Assembly (NCBI GenBank): GCA_947626245.1
Contig: CANQRK010000001.1
Span: 1 to 60,517 of the forward strand
Direction of reading: 5' to 3'
DNA from: an uncultured Paenalcaligenes sp.
Lineage (GTDB): Bacteria; Pseudomonadota; Gammaproteobacteria; Burkholderiales; Burkholderiaceae_B
DNA: 60,517 bases
Shown here: piece after piece, positions 19,994 to 30,021 of the stretch
How positions within the stretch are numbered: position 1 is the first letter of the stretch
How the letters are laid out: each line of letters begins with the position of its first letter
Translations under genes and position numbers: made by a program
The notes under the pieces: model-generated
Told to the model about the DNA's origin: nothing
Seen by the model: the letters and a program-made list of their open reading frames with translations, nothing else
Databases searched by the model: none

Positions 19994-20926
19994 TTACATC
20001 AGCTCTTGTGGGTTTTTTTGTTGACAGGGGTCGATGAGCGAGGGGTGGTTGTTATACATGTTTTGCACTAGTTCTTGCATGGCAATGATATACCAAGAGT
20101 TGTCTTTTTTACGATGGCTAAAGATGATGGGGGAGCTAAGATCGGGATCATCAAGCAGGCGATAGGAAATGTCTTGGCGTATACGTGCGCTAGTAGGAAT
20201 AATACAGACCCCTTCGCCGGCAGCGACTAGACCCAGTGCTGTTTGTAAGCTAAATACCTCGAGGGTATCGAGAGGATGAATGCGTCTGTCATGTAAGGCA
20301 TTCAGCACATGATCGGCAAAGCTAGGGCGAGGTTTAGAGGGGTACACGATTAGAGTTTGATCGGTAATAGTGCTTAGGCTAACTGGGCTGAGGTCTTGGG
20401 CCAAAGGATGGCTATTGGCCATTGCCAGTGCGAGACGTTCTTCGCGATAGGTAATACGCGTTATAGAGGGGTCGTGTAGACGAATACGCCCAAAACCGAC
20501 GTTAATTCGTCCTGACTTCAGCGCTTCAATCTGTTCAGCCGAGGTCATTTCTAAAAACTGTAAACGAATATTGGGATAGGTTTTTCTGAAGTCCTGAATC
20601 AAGATAGGCAGCCCACCATATAAGGAAGACGCCACAAAACCAATGGAGATTTGTTGTTGGTAGTTTTGGCCAATGCGAGTCGTAGCCATTTGCATTTGGT
20701 CGATGCGCTGAAGAATTTGTACGCTTTGTTCGTAAAATAAGCGGCCTGCTTCAGTGAGCTGTAGCGGGCGGCTATCACGTTCTAGGAGTTTTACCCCTAA
20801 CGATTGTTCTAGGAGTTGAATTTGGCGGCTAAGAGGGGGTTGAGTGATGTGAAGTTGTTCGGCAGCAAGGGTAAAGCTGCGTGCTTCGGCTACTGCGACA
20901 AAATAACGAATTTGTTTGAGGTCCAT
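19994..20926 (-). CDS. catR: LysR regulator CatR/BenM
   Basis: MDLKQIRYFVAVAE..HITQPPLSRQIQ, GFGRIR, YPSKPRPSFAD; divergent from catB; start moved to ATG 20926. Confidence 0.9.
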   Translation of the reverse strand: MDLKQIRYFVAVAEARSFTLAAEQLHITQPPLSRQIQLLEQSLGVKLLERDSRPLQLTEAGRLFYEQSVQILQRIDQMQMATTRIGQNYQQQISIGFVASSLYGGLPILIQDFRKTYPNIRLQFLEMTSAEQIEALKSGRINVGFGRIRLHDPSITRITYREERLALAMANSHPLAQDLSPVSLSTITDQTLIVYPSKPRPSFADHVLNALHDRRIHPLDTLEVFSLQTALGLVAAGEGVCIIPTSARIRQDISYRLLDDPDLSSPIIFSHRKKDNSWYIIAMQELVQNMYNNHPSLIDPCQQKNPQELM

Positions 20927-21074
20927 GTTGTAGTCAAATGCAATTTCTAGTGGGGTGAATTGAGTAAAAACGAGGGGGCTCACTAGAAAGAACAGGTTTT
21001 CTAAGACGTTTTGAGTGCAAATTAAACCTGCCATTTAAGCTTAAGGCTTTTCTTTTAGGATTAAAACAGTATGT

Positions 21075-21127
21075 AGGGAAAACCATAGGTTTTCCCTTTT
21101 TGTTTTATTATCTTATTGATTTTAAAC
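21075..21127. promoter_or_regulatory. Perfect inverted repeat AGGGAAAACC-ATA-GGTTTTCCCT plus IHF-like site (copy 2 of the composite element)
   Basis: 10-bp perfect IR at 21075-21097; 21088-21127 matches 8180-8219 at 33/40. Confidence 0.6.
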
Positions 21128-21142
21128 GATTTTCTTATCTCT

Positions 21143-21207
21143 ATGCCTTTTTTGTATGGGGGCAGGCCGATAAGGTATTGGACGCTAAAACCGCTCAAGT
21201 CTTTAAT
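21143..21207 (+). promoter_or_regulatory. CatR/BenM binding sites and catB promoter
   Basis: ATGC-N7-GTAT (21143) and AGGC-N7-GTAT (21164), 21 bp apart, variants of ATAC-N7-GTAT; -35 TTGGAC (21178) and candidate -10 TTTAAT (21202). Confidence 0.75.
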
Positions 21208-21249
21208 AAGAATCATATAAAGACACATAAATTCAAAGGGTTTAGTGAA

Positions 21250-22395
21250 ATGGTAACAATCGATCGGGTAGAGACGCTGGTGTTGGATTTACCCACTATA
21301 CGTCCTCATCAATTAGCTATGGCGACCATGCATGGTCAAACGTTGATGCTAGTGCGTATTTATTGCTCAGATGGCTCAGTTGGGGTGGGAGAAGGAACAA
21401 CCATCGGCGGGCTGGCTTATGGAGCTGAGTCTCCAGAGGGCATGAAGCTTGCGATCGACACGTATTTTGCGCCACTTTTATTGGGACAAAATGCAGATGA
21501 TGTCTCAGCCCTAATGCAGCGTTTACATATTGCTATCCGTGATAATCGCTTTGCTAAAAGCGCAGTGGAAACGGCTTTGTACGATGCGCTAGGCAAACGC
21601 CGTCAGTTACCTATCTCCGAATTATTAGGCGGACGATTACGAGATCGTTTGCCGGTGGCTTGGACCTTGGCTTCAGGTGATACCGCCAAGGACATTGACG
21701 AAGCAGAGCACATGCTATCTGTGCGTCGCCACCGTATCTTTAAATTAAAAATCGGTAAGCGTGCTGTAGCCCAAGATGTGGCGCACGTGGCGGCTATTAA
21801 AAAGGCTGTGGGTGACCGTGCAACCGTGCGGGTTGATGTCAACATGGCTTGGACCGAACTCGAAGCTCGTTACGGTATTCCAGCGTTAGCAGATGTAGGC
21901 TGCGAGCTAGTCGAGCAACCGGTAGCAAATGCCGCTGCACTGGCGCGCTTGGCGGGTAAATACCCCATTGCCATCATGGCAGACGAGCTATTGACTGGGC
22001 CAGAGTCGGCTTTTGCTTTGGCCAAAGCGCAGGCTGCCGATGTTTTTGCAATCAAAATCGAGCAATCAGGTGGTATGCGTGCAGCTCAGAAAGTAGCGGC
22101 CATTGCCGAAGCCGCACACATTGAGTTATACGGTGGCACGATGCTCGAAGGCAGTATAGGCACCATTGCCTCGGCGCATGCTTTTTCTACTTTCCATGCG
22201 TTGGAGTGGGGTACTGAGCTCTTTGGGCCGTTGTTGATTACCGAAGAAATTTTAGAAACCCCACTGGTTTACCAGGATTTTGAATTACATATTCCAAGTG
22301 GACCGGGTTTGGGGATTACGCTTGATGAAGAGCGTGTTCAGTTTTTTAGTCGAGAGCAGCGTAAAAAAACCGTGAGTTTAGCTGCAAGTCGCTAA
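21250..22395 (+). CDS. catB: Muconate cycloisomerase
   Basis: DLPTIRPHQLAM, GEGTTIGGLAYG, KLKIG, RVDVN, EQP, MADE, YGGTMLEG, GTELFGPLL; start ATG 21250. Confidence 0.95.
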   Translation: MVTIDRVETLVLDLPTIRPHQLAMATMHGQTLMLVRIYCSDGSVGVGEGTTIGGLAYGAESPEGMKLAIDTYFAPLLLGQNADDVSALMQRLHIAIRDNRFAKSAVETALYDALGKRRQLPISELLGGRLRDRLPVAWTLASGDTAKDIDEAEHMLSVRRHRIFKLKIGKRAVAQDVAHVAAIKKAVGDRATVRVDVNMAWTELEARYGIPALADVGCELVEQPVANAAALARLAGKYPIAIMADELLTGPESAFALAKAQAADVFAIKIEQSGGMRAAQKVAAIAEAAHIELYGGTMLEGSIGTIASAHAFSTFHALEWGTELFGPLLITEEILETPLVYQDFELHIPSGPGLGITLDEERVQFFSREQRKKTVSLAASR

Positions 22396-22450
22396 GTTAT
22401 CTTTTTAGATGGCTCATGCCAAACAGATATGTTTAAAACAAGGAGACACC

Positions 22451-23392
22451 ATGAGTGTACAGCTTTTTGATACAGCAGAAGTGCAAAATTTTCTACGCTT
22501 AGCCTGTGGCTTTGATTACGAAGGGGGTAATCCACGCACTAAGGAAATCGTGCATCGCATTGTGAGCGATTTGTTTAAAGCGATTGAAGATTTAAATATC
22601 ACACCTGATGAGTACTGGGCAGGGGTCGCATTTTTAAATCGTTTAGGGCAAAACCAAGAAGCCGGTTTGTTATCCCCCGGTTTGGGCTTTGATCGTTATC
22701 TTGATATGCGTATGGATGCTGAAGACGAGCAATTGGGTCTAGCCGGTGGTACGCCACGTACCATTGAAGGTCCATTGTACGTAGTGGGCGCGCCGGTAGA
22801 ACACGGCTATGCACGTCTAGACGATGGCAGCGATGAAAACGGTCATACCTTAATCATGCAAGGTACGGTATATGGTGCCGACGGCAAGCCCCAACCGGGT
22901 GCTCAGGTCGAGGTCTGGCATTGCAACACCAAAGGTTTCTACTCGCACTTTGACCCGACTGGCGAACAAAAGCCATTTAACATGCGTCGTACCATTATTG
23001 CGGATGACCAAGGTCATTACAAATTCCGCAGTATTGTTCCTATGGGCTACGGCTGCCCTCCAGATGGCCCAACTCAAGAGATTTTGAATGCATTGGGTCG
23101 CCATGGTAATCGTCCTGCTCATATTCACTTCTTTATTTCGGCAGACGGTCACCGCAAATTGACTACGCAAATCAATATTGATGGGGATCCATTGGTTAAT
23201 GATGACTTTGCTTATGCTACCCGTGAAGGATTAGTTCCTCCTCTCGTTGAGTGTACCGACCCAGCGCGCATCAAAGAAGAAGGGGTAGAAGGTCCTTTTG
23301 CAGAAATCATTTTTGATATTCAACTGACTCCACTGGTCCAGGGCGAAGATAACCAGCTAGTAGAGCGTCCACGTTTGGTCGCTACCGCCTAA
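22451..23392 (+). CDS. catA: Catechol 1,2-dioxygenase
   Basis: GTPRTIEGPLY, Fe ligands Y..Y and RPAHIHF, DDFAYATR; AAGGAG RBS. Confidence 0.96.
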   Translation: MSVQLFDTAEVQNFLRLACGFDYEGGNPRTKEIVHRIVSDLFKAIEDLNITPDEYWAGVAFLNRLGQNQEAGLLSPGLGFDRYLDMRMDAEDEQLGLAGGTPRTIEGPLYVVGAPVEHGYARLDDGSDENGHTLIMQGTVYGADGKPQPGAQVEVWHCNTKGFYSHFDPTGEQKPFNMRRTIIADDQGHYKFRSIVPMGYGCPPDGPTQEILNALGRHGNRPAHIHFFISADGHRKLTTQINIDGDPLVNDDFAYATREGLVPPLVECTDPARIKEEGVEGPFAEIIFDIQLTPLVQGEDNQLVERPRLVATA

Positions 23393-23422
23393 GCCACCAA
23401 TTTCAATTATTGCTTTTGTTCT

Positions 23423-23466
23423 GTTTGTGCCTGCCGGGTCGAGTGATCCCGCGGGCAGGTGCAAAC
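23423..23466 (+). other. Intergenic hairpin between catA and benA
   Basis: GTTTGTGCCTGCC...GGCAGGTGCAAAC stem without a U tract. Confidence 0.5.
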
Positions 23467-23493
23467 ACGTGCCTTGAAAAGGGGTAAGTCATC

Positions 23494-24876
23494 ATGGATA
23501 AGGTCTATGAAGTAGAGCAGCTGCTAGATGCAGCTATGCAAGTGGATGAACAAGCCGGTGTGTATCGTTGTCGCCGTGATATTTTTACCGATCCTGAGTT
23601 GTTTGATTTGGAAATGAAGTATTTGTTCGAAGGCAACTGGGTGTATTTGGCGCATGAAAGCCAAATTCCAGAGGTCAACGATTACTTCACCACTCATATT
23701 GGGCGTCAGTCCGTTGTGATTACTCGCGGTAAAGACAATCAATTAAATGCGTTGATTAATGCATGTGCCCACCGAGGCGCTACGTTATGTCGTCGCAAAC
23801 GTGGCAATCGAGGCAGTTTTACCTGCCCTTTTCATGGCTGGACCTTTAGCAACAATGGCAAATTGTTGAAAGTGAAGGACGAGCGCACCACTCAATACCC
23901 AGAGCAGTTCAATACCGAAGGTTCTCATGATTTGACGCGAGTGCCACGCTTTGAAAGCTACAAAGGATTTTTGTTTGGTAGCTTGAATGCGGATGTACCG
24001 TCTTTGGAAGAGTATTTGGGTGAAACCAAAGTGGTGCTAGATCAAATTGCAGATCAGTCTCCAGAAGGGATTGAAGTTATCCGTGGTAATTCCAGTTATG
24101 TCTATGACGGTAACTGGAAGCTGCAAATGGAAAACGGGGCAGATGGCTATCACGTCAGCAGCGTGCATTGGAACTATCAGGCGACCATGGGCCGTCGTGA
24201 GCAAGGTGGCACGCAGGCAGTTGATGCACAAGGTTGGAGTAAAAGTGTAGGGGGCGTGTATGGCTTTGAAAAAGGTCATATTTTATTGTGGACCAATACA
24301 CTGAACCCAGAGGTACGCCCTATTTACCAACAGCGCGAAGAGTTAGTAGAGCGTTTGGGTGAAACGCGTGCCAATAAAATCATTGGTCAAACTCGTAACC
24401 TGTGCCTGTATCCCAATGTGTACATCATGGATCAATTCTCTACTCAGATCCGAGTCACACGTCCTATTAGTGTAGATCAAACGGAAGTGACGATTTATTG
24501 CTTTGGCCCCAAAGGTGAAAGTGCTAAAAATCGTGCTATTCGTTTACGTCAGTATGAGGATTTCTTTAACGTGTCGGGCATGGGTACGGCTGATGACTTA
24601 GAAGAATTCCGTGCTTGCCAAGAAGGTTACAAAGCCATGAGCGCACCGTGGAATGACCTCAGTCGCGGCGCTCCTTTATGGATTCAAGGTGCAGATGACA
24701 ACGCAAAAGAGCTAGGCATGACGCCTTTGCTAAGTGGTGAACGCAGTGAGGATGAAGGTTTGTTTGTTTGTCAGCATGATTACTGGTTGCAGGTAATGCG
24801 TGATGCGCTAGAGCAGGAAAAAGCCCTTAGTGCACAACAAGCGAACCAAGCCAACTCAGAGACAGCGGAGGTATAA
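23494..24876 (+). CDS. benA: Benzoate 1,2-dioxygenase alpha subunit
   Basis: CAH..CPFHGW, ENGADGYHVSSVH, RQYEDFFNVSGMGTADDLEEF. Confidence 0.95.
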   Translation: MDKVYEVEQLLDAAMQVDEQAGVYRCRRDIFTDPELFDLEMKYLFEGNWVYLAHESQIPEVNDYFTTHIGRQSVVITRGKDNQLNALINACAHRGATLCRRKRGNRGSFTCPFHGWTFSNNGKLLKVKDERTTQYPEQFNTEGSHDLTRVPRFESYKGFLFGSLNADVPSLEEYLGETKVVLDQIADQSPEGIEVIRGNSSYVYDGNWKLQMENGADGYHVSSVHWNYQATMGRREQGGTQAVDAQGWSKSVGGVYGFEKGHILLWTNTLNPEVRPIYQQREELVERLGETRANKIIGQTRNLCLYPNVYIMDQFSTQIRVTRPISVDQTEVTIYCFGPKGESAKNRAIRLRQYEDFFNVSGMGTADDLEEFRACQEGYKAMSAPWNDLSRGAPLWIQGADDNAKELGMTPLLSGERSEDEGLFVCQHDYWLQVMRDALEQEKALSAQQANQANSETAEV

Positions 24877-24879
24877 CGC

Positions 24880-25362
24880 ATGGACTACCAAACAATTTGT
24901 GCTTTTTTGTATAAAGAGGCGCGTTATCTAGATGACCGTGAATGGGAAACCTGGTTGGAGTGCTATGCCAAAGAAGCAGAGTACTGGATGCCAAGCTGGG
25001 ATGATAACGATCAGTTGACCGAAGACCCACAAAGTGAAGTCTCCTTGATTTATTACCCTAATCGTAACGGTCTAGAGGATCGCGTTTTTAGAATTAAAAC
25101 GGAACGATCCAGTGCGTCTATGCCGGAGCCTCGTACCAACCATATGTTAAGCAACATAGAGGTATTGTCAGCGACGACGGATGAGGCCGAGGTGCGTTAC
25201 AACTTTCATACCTTGAGTCATCGTTACCGTATTACCGATCACTATTTTGGCACGATTTATGTGACCTTAGGGCAAACGGAAGACGGTGTAAGAATCAAAA
25301 AGAAAAAAGTCGTTCTGAAAAACGACTATATCCGACAAGTTGTTGATGTGTATCACATCTAA
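24880..25362 (+). CDS. benB: Benzoate 1,2-dioxygenase beta subunit
   Basis: EARYLDD, GLEDRVFRIKTERS, NDYIRQVVDVYHI. Confidence 0.95.
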   Translation: MDYQTICAFLYKEARYLDDREWETWLECYAKEAEYWMPSWDDNDQLTEDPQSEVSLIYYPNRNGLEDRVFRIKTERSSASMPEPRTNHMLSNIEVLSATTDEAEVRYNFHTLSHRYRITDHYFGTIYVTLGQTEDGVRIKKKKVVLKNDYIRQVVDVYHI

Positions 25363-25380
25363 GTGGTTAGGGAGTAGAGG

Positions 25381-26388
25381 ATGAGCAGCTATAACATTGC
25401 TTTAAATTTTGAAGATGGCGTCACTCGGTTTATCCAGTGTGGGTCGCAGGAAAAAGTATTGGATGCGGCCTACCGTCATCAAATCAATTTACCTATGGAC
25501 TGCTCGGATGGTGTCTGTGGTACGTGTAAGTGCCGTGCTGAAAGTGGCGAGTATGAGCTGATTGATGACTATATTGATGAGGCTCTGACAGAGGATGAGG
25601 CAGAGCAAGGGTTGGTTTTAACCTGTCAAATGATCCCGCAGACGGATTGTGTAATTCAGGTGCCTGTCACATCAACGATGTGCAAGATCGCTATCGCTCA
25701 ATTTACGGGTACGGTGACTGAGGTTCGTACGCACGCGGATGCTGCGTACGAACTAGATATTCAGGTCACAGAGCAAGATGCCGTGTTTTTGGCAGGGCAA
25801 TACGTCAATATTACGGTGCCAGGTAGTGCTGAACATCGCTCTTATTCATTTAGTTCAGCGCCAGCAGACACGGTGCTCAGCTTTTTGATTAAGCAGGTGC
25901 CTAATGGATTGATGAGTACGTGGCTAGAGTCCGCCGCTGCTGGTCAAGAACTACAGCTAACTGGGCCGTTGGGTAGTTTTTATTTGCGAGCTGTCACTAG
26001 ACCACTGCTGTTCTTAGCGGGTGGCACGGGCTTAGCTCCTTTTCTTTCCATGCTAGCGGTGCTGAAAGAGCAGGGGTGTACGCAACCGGTCCATTTAATT
26101 TATGGCGTAACCCGTGATCAGGATTTGGTCTTAGTCGAGCAGCTACAGGCCTATGCTCAAGCTTTACCTAATTTCTCTTTTAGCACTACCGTTTCTGATA
26201 GTGAGTCTACTCACCCTAATACTGGCTACGTCACCCATCACTTAGAGCCAGCGATGTTACACGATGGCAATGTAGATGTGTATTTGTGTGGTCCTCCACC
26301 CATGGTGGATGCGGTCAGTGAGTACTTTCAGTCTCACTCCTTTACGCCCGCCAATTTCTACTACGAGCGATTTATTCCTAGCGTGTAA
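25381..26388 (+). CDS. benC: Benzoate dioxygenase reductase
   Basis: IALNFEDGVTRFI, DCSDGVCGTC, RSYS, AGGTGLAP, YLCGPPPM. Confidence 0.95.
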   Translation: MSSYNIALNFEDGVTRFIQCGSQEKVLDAAYRHQINLPMDCSDGVCGTCKCRAESGEYELIDDYIDEALTEDEAEQGLVLTCQMIPQTDCVIQVPVTSTMCKIAIAQFTGTVTEVRTHADAAYELDIQVTEQDAVFLAGQYVNITVPGSAEHRSYSFSSAPADTVLSFLIKQVPNGLMSTWLESAAAGQELQLTGPLGSFYLRAVTRPLLFLAGGTGLAPFLSMLAVLKEQGCTQPVHLIYGVTRDQDLVLVEQLQAYAQALPNFSFSTTVSDSESTHPNTGYVTHHLEPAMLHDGNVDVYLCGPPPMVDAVSEYFQSHSFTPANFYYERFIPSV

Positions 26389-26470
26389 GCCGCTTTTTTC
26401 TGGCAGAACTTAATTTGTTGCACACCTTAGCGTGTGCAACGTGGCTCTGCTTTATTCAAAAAGGATTGCA

Positions 26471-27235
26471 ATGAGTCAACGTCGTTTCCAAAACAAAGTC
26501 GTGTTGGTGACGGGGGCCGCCCAAGGGATAGGTCGCCGTGTTGCTGAACGATTAATTGAAGAAGGCGCACATTTGGTTCTGGTGGACCGCTCAGAGTTAG
26601 TACACGAACTAGCTCAAGATCATGTCGTCACATTAACAGCCGATCTAGAAAGCTATGCAGGGGCAGAACAAGCCGCTACAGCCGCTTTAGATCGGTTTGG
26701 TCGTATTGATGTACTGATTAACAATGTGGGTGGAACCATCTGGACCCGTCCCTTTGAGCACTACACCCCAGAACAAATTGAAAAAGAAGTGCAGCGTTCA
26801 TTATTTCCTACGCTGTGGTGTTGTAGGGCTGTCTTGCCAACAATGTTAGCCCAAGAGCAAGGGGCCATTGTGAATGTGTCCTCTATTGCGACGCGCAGCG
26901 TTAATCGCGTGCCGTATGGTGCTGCCAAAGGTGGCGTTAATGCACTTACTGCTTGTTTGGCCTTTGAGACGGCTGAACGGGGGGTACGCGTGAATGCGGT
27001 TGCTCCGGGTGGAACAGAAGCACCTGCACGCAAAATTCCGCGCAATACCGAAAAGCCAAGTGAAGACGAGCAAAGTTGGTATCAGCAAATTATAGATCAA
27101 ACCGTACAAACCAGTTTGATGAAGCGTTATGGCACGTTAGATGAACAAGCTTCAGCCATTCTGTTTTTAGCCTCAGATGAGGCGTCCTATATTACGGGCA
27201 CAGTATTACCTGTTGGCGGAGGAGATCAAGGCTAA
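26471..27235 (+). CDS. benD: Benzoate cis-diol dehydrogenase (SDR)
   Basis: TGAAQGIG, NNVGGTIW, RSLFPTLWCC, YGAAK, LPVGGGD. Confidence 0.95.
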   Translation: MSQRRFQNKVVLVTGAAQGIGRRVAERLIEEGAHLVLVDRSELVHELAQDHVVTLTADLESYAGAEQAATAALDRFGRIDVLINNVGGTIWTRPFEHYTPEQIEKEVQRSLFPTLWCCRAVLPTMLAQEQGAIVNVSSIATRSVNRVPYGAAKGGVNALTACLAFETAERGVRVNAVAPGGTEAPARKIPRNTEKPSEDEQSWYQQIIDQTVQTSLMKRYGTLDEQASAILFLASDEASYITGTVLPVGGGDQG

Positions 27236-27269
27236 CAACGGGTATAAAACAAACCAAGGAGGAGTAGAC

Positions 27270-28610
27270 ATGAAAAAAATAGACAGTAATGAAGTCATAG
27301 ACCAAGCCAGCTTTAATCGGTTTCATTGGTCGGTCGTGTGGGTGTGTGCGTTGTTATTGATTTTTGATGGTTATGATTTATTCATTTATGGTGTGGTGTT
27401 GCCCGTCTTAATGGATGAATGGGGGTTGTCTCCAGTCCAAGCGGGGGCTTTAGGGAGTTACGCGCTATTTGGCATGATGTTTGGTGCTTTTATTTTTGGT
27501 CCATTGGCTGATCGGATTGGACGCAAAAAAGGGGTCATTATCTGTTTTATGTTGTTTAGCGTAGCGACCTTTTTTAATGGATTTGCCACCTCGGTCTTTG
27601 AGTTTGGGCTTTGTCGATTCATAGCGGGCTTGGGTTGTGGTGGTTTGATGCCCAATACAGTAGCGTTAATGAATGAGTATTCACCGCGACGTTCGCGTGG
27701 AACGTTGGTGGCCATTATGTTTAGTGGTTATTCCTTGGGTGGTGTGCTTGCCGCGGGAATGGGTATTTATATGTTGCCGCGTTTTGGTTGGCAGTCTATG
27801 TTTTTTGCTGCAGTTGTACCCTTGTTGTTATTGCCAATTTTGATGTGGAAACTCCCTGAGTCGGTGGGTTTTTTATTACGTCAAAACAAAGAGGATCAAG
27901 CGCGTCGCATGCTGCGCAAAGTGAATCCAGCTATCGTTTTGGATGAGACGGTAGAGATTATTAAGCCTAGCAACAACAAAGCCGCCGCCGTACCGGTATT
28001 GGATTTGTTCCGTGAAGGTCGCTTATTAGGGACAGTGATGATTTGGCTGGCTTTTTTCTGCTGCCTGCTGATGGTCTACGCCCTAGGGTCTTGGCTGCCA
28101 AAGCTGATGGCCAACGCAGGGTATAGCTTAGGATCCAGTTTGTCATTTTTGTTGGCTTTGAACTTTGGCGGCATGTTTGGAGCGATTTTAGGTGGTTGGA
28201 TGGGCGATCGATTTGGATTGCCCCGAGTGATGATGGGATTCTTTATTTTGTCGGCGGTGTCCATTAGCTTGCTTGGCTTTAAGAGTCCCATGATTGCACT
28301 GTATTTATTGATTATAGTAGCAGGAGCAACCACCATTGGGACGCAGATTTTATTGTATGCCAATGCGGCACAGTATTATCCATTAGTGGTGCGTTCTTCT
28401 GGTTTGGGTTGGGCTTCCGGTATAGGTCGCATAGGTGCAATTGTAGGGCCGTTCCTCGGTGGCACTCTTATGGCAATGGCCTTACCTTTAAAGATGAATT
28501 TCTTGGTATTTGCGATTCCAGGACTTATTGCTACTCTAGCCATCGTTGTGTTTATTTTTTCAGTGCGACGTCAAGCTAGGGTCCAAACATTAACTGCGGT
28601 TGCAGCATAA
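27270..28610 (+). CDS. benK: Aromatic acid:H+ symporter (MFS), benzoate transporter
   Basis: DGYD in TM1, GPLADRIGRK, about 12 TM segments; GGAGGAG RBS before ATG 27270. Confidence 0.88.
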   Translation: MKKIDSNEVIDQASFNRFHWSVVWVCALLLIFDGYDLFIYGVVLPVLMDEWGLSPVQAGALGSYALFGMMFGAFIFGPLADRIGRKKGVIICFMLFSVATFFNGFATSVFEFGLCRFIAGLGCGGLMPNTVALMNEYSPRRSRGTLVAIMFSGYSLGGVLAAGMGIYMLPRFGWQSMFFAAVVPLLLLPILMWKLPESVGFLLRQNKEDQARRMLRKVNPAIVLDETVEIIKPSNNKAAAVPVLDLFREGRLLGTVMIWLAFFCCLLMVYALGSWLPKLMANAGYSLGSSLSFLLALNFGGMFGAILGGWMGDRFGLPRVMMGFFILSAVSISLLGFKSPMIALYLLIIVAGATTIGTQILLYANAAQYYPLVVRSSGLGWASGIGRIGAIVGPFLGGTLMAMALPLKMNFLVFAIPGLIATLAIVVFIFSVRRQARVQTLTAVAA

Positions 28611-28623
28611 GGAGTACAACACC

Positions 28624-29313
28624 GTGATTGATAAAAGAGTAGCCAGTGTGGCCGAAGCTCTTCAAGATGTACAAGATGGTGCCACCATTTTGATCGGGGG
28701 GTTCGGTACGGCTGGTATTCCTGACGCGCTAATTCAAGGCTTGATTGAGCAGGGCGCTAAGGATTTGACGGTCGTAAATAACAACGCCGGCAATGGAGAC
28801 CAAGGTCTGGCTGCCCTGTTAAAAACAGGGCGGGTCAGTAAAATCATTTGTAGCTTTCCTCGTCAGGCTGACTCATACGTATTTGATGAGTTGTATCGCA
28901 GTGGAAAAATCGAACTAGAGTTAGTTCCTCAAGGAAATTTAGCTGAACGCTTACGTGCGGCAGGGGCTGGCATAGGGGGATTTTTCTGTCCGACGGGATA
29001 TGGCACAGAGCTAGCCAAAGGCAAGGAAACTCGTCTGATTGATGGACGTTGGTATGTCTATGAAACGCCCATTCATGGCGATGTAGCGTTAATCAAAGCC
29101 GAGGCGGGTGATCGTTGGGGTAACCTTATTTATCGTAAAGCGGCTCGCAACTTTGGTCCCGTCATGGCGATGGCGGCCAAGCAAACCATTGCCAGTGTTT
29201 ATGAGCTTAAAGAATTAGGCGAGCTCGATCCAGAGAGTATTGTGACGCCGGGCATTCACGTGAAAAAAGTCGTGTTAGTGCCGCGCGTGGCAACTCAAGC
29301 GGGTGGTTTTTAA
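28624..29313 (+). CDS. pcaI: 3-oxoadipate CoA-transferase subunit A
   Basis: GGFGTAG, NNNAG, CSFPRQ, PQGNLAERLRAAGAG; GTG start after AAGGAG. Confidence 0.93.
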   Translation: MIDKRVASVAEALQDVQDGATILIGGFGTAGIPDALIQGLIEQGAKDLTVVNNNAGNGDQGLAALLKTGRVSKIICSFPRQADSYVFDELYRSGKIELELVPQGNLAERLRAAGAGIGGFFCPTGYGTELAKGKETRLIDGRWYVYETPIHGDVALIKAEAGDRWGNLIYRKAARNFGPVMAMAAKQTIASVYELKELGELDPESIVTPGIHVKKVVLVPRVATQAGGF

Positions 29314-29338
29314 GGATCAAACAGGTAAAGGAACGTTC

Positions 29339-29992
29339 ATGACAAACGCATATCAGCCTCGTAGTCGAGACGAGCTCGCTGCCCGAGTGGCTCAAGATAT
29401 TCATAATGGCGATTATGTCAATTTAGGCATCGGTATGCCGACAACCGTCGCTAATCATTTGCCCGAGGGTATTGAGCTGGTGCTCCATAGTGAAAACGGG
29501 ATTTTGGGTATGGGGGCTGCTCCAGAGGCCGGCGCGGAAGACTATGACTTAGTCAATGCAGGCAAGCAGCCCGTCACACTGTTACCCGGTGGCTCCTATT
29601 TCCATCATGCCGATAGTTTTGCCATGATGCGTGGTGGTCATTTGGATATTTGTGTACTGGGGGCTTTTCAGGTATCAGCCAAAGGCGATTTAGCCAACTG
29701 GAGCACAGGTGAAGCTGGTGCAATTCCTGCGGTAGGGGGCGCCATGGATTTGGCGATTGGTGCCAAGCAAACCTGGGTCATGATGAGTTTATTAACGCGT
29801 CAAGGCCAAAGTAAATTAGTCCCTGAATGTACTTATCCCTTAACCGGCATTGAGTGTGTGAAGCGGGTGTATACGGATCTGGCTACCTTTGCTTGCTCTC
29901 CAGAGGGTTTGCATGTCATTGATACGGTGCCGGGCTTGTCCCATAGTGAATTAGAACGCTTAGTTGGCATGCCATTGCTAGCGGCAGACTAA
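29339..29992 (+). CDS. pcaJ: 3-oxoadipate CoA-transferase subunit B
   Basis: VNLGIGMPT, catalytic SENG, VGGAMDL. Confidence 0.93.
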   Translation: MTNAYQPRSRDELAARVAQDIHNGDYVNLGIGMPTTVANHLPEGIELVLHSENGILGMGAAPEAGAEDYDLVNAGKQPVTLLPGGSYFHHADSFAMMRGGHLDICVLGAFQVSAKGDLANWSTGEAGAIPAVGGAMDLAIGAKQTWVMMSLLTRQGQSKLVPECTYPLTGIECVKRVYTDLATFACSPEGLHVIDTVPGLSHSELERLVGMPLLAAD

Positions 29993-30021
29993 GCCTTTTA
30001 ACCTGTAGAGCGTAAAAAGTA

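Noticed and set aside
1729-29338. N-terminal extensions in the ORF track (1729, 21034, 21100, 22409, 26432, 27177, 29303)
   Set aside because: They overlap upstream genes or promoters; downstream starts match family N-termini, most with a recognisable RBS.
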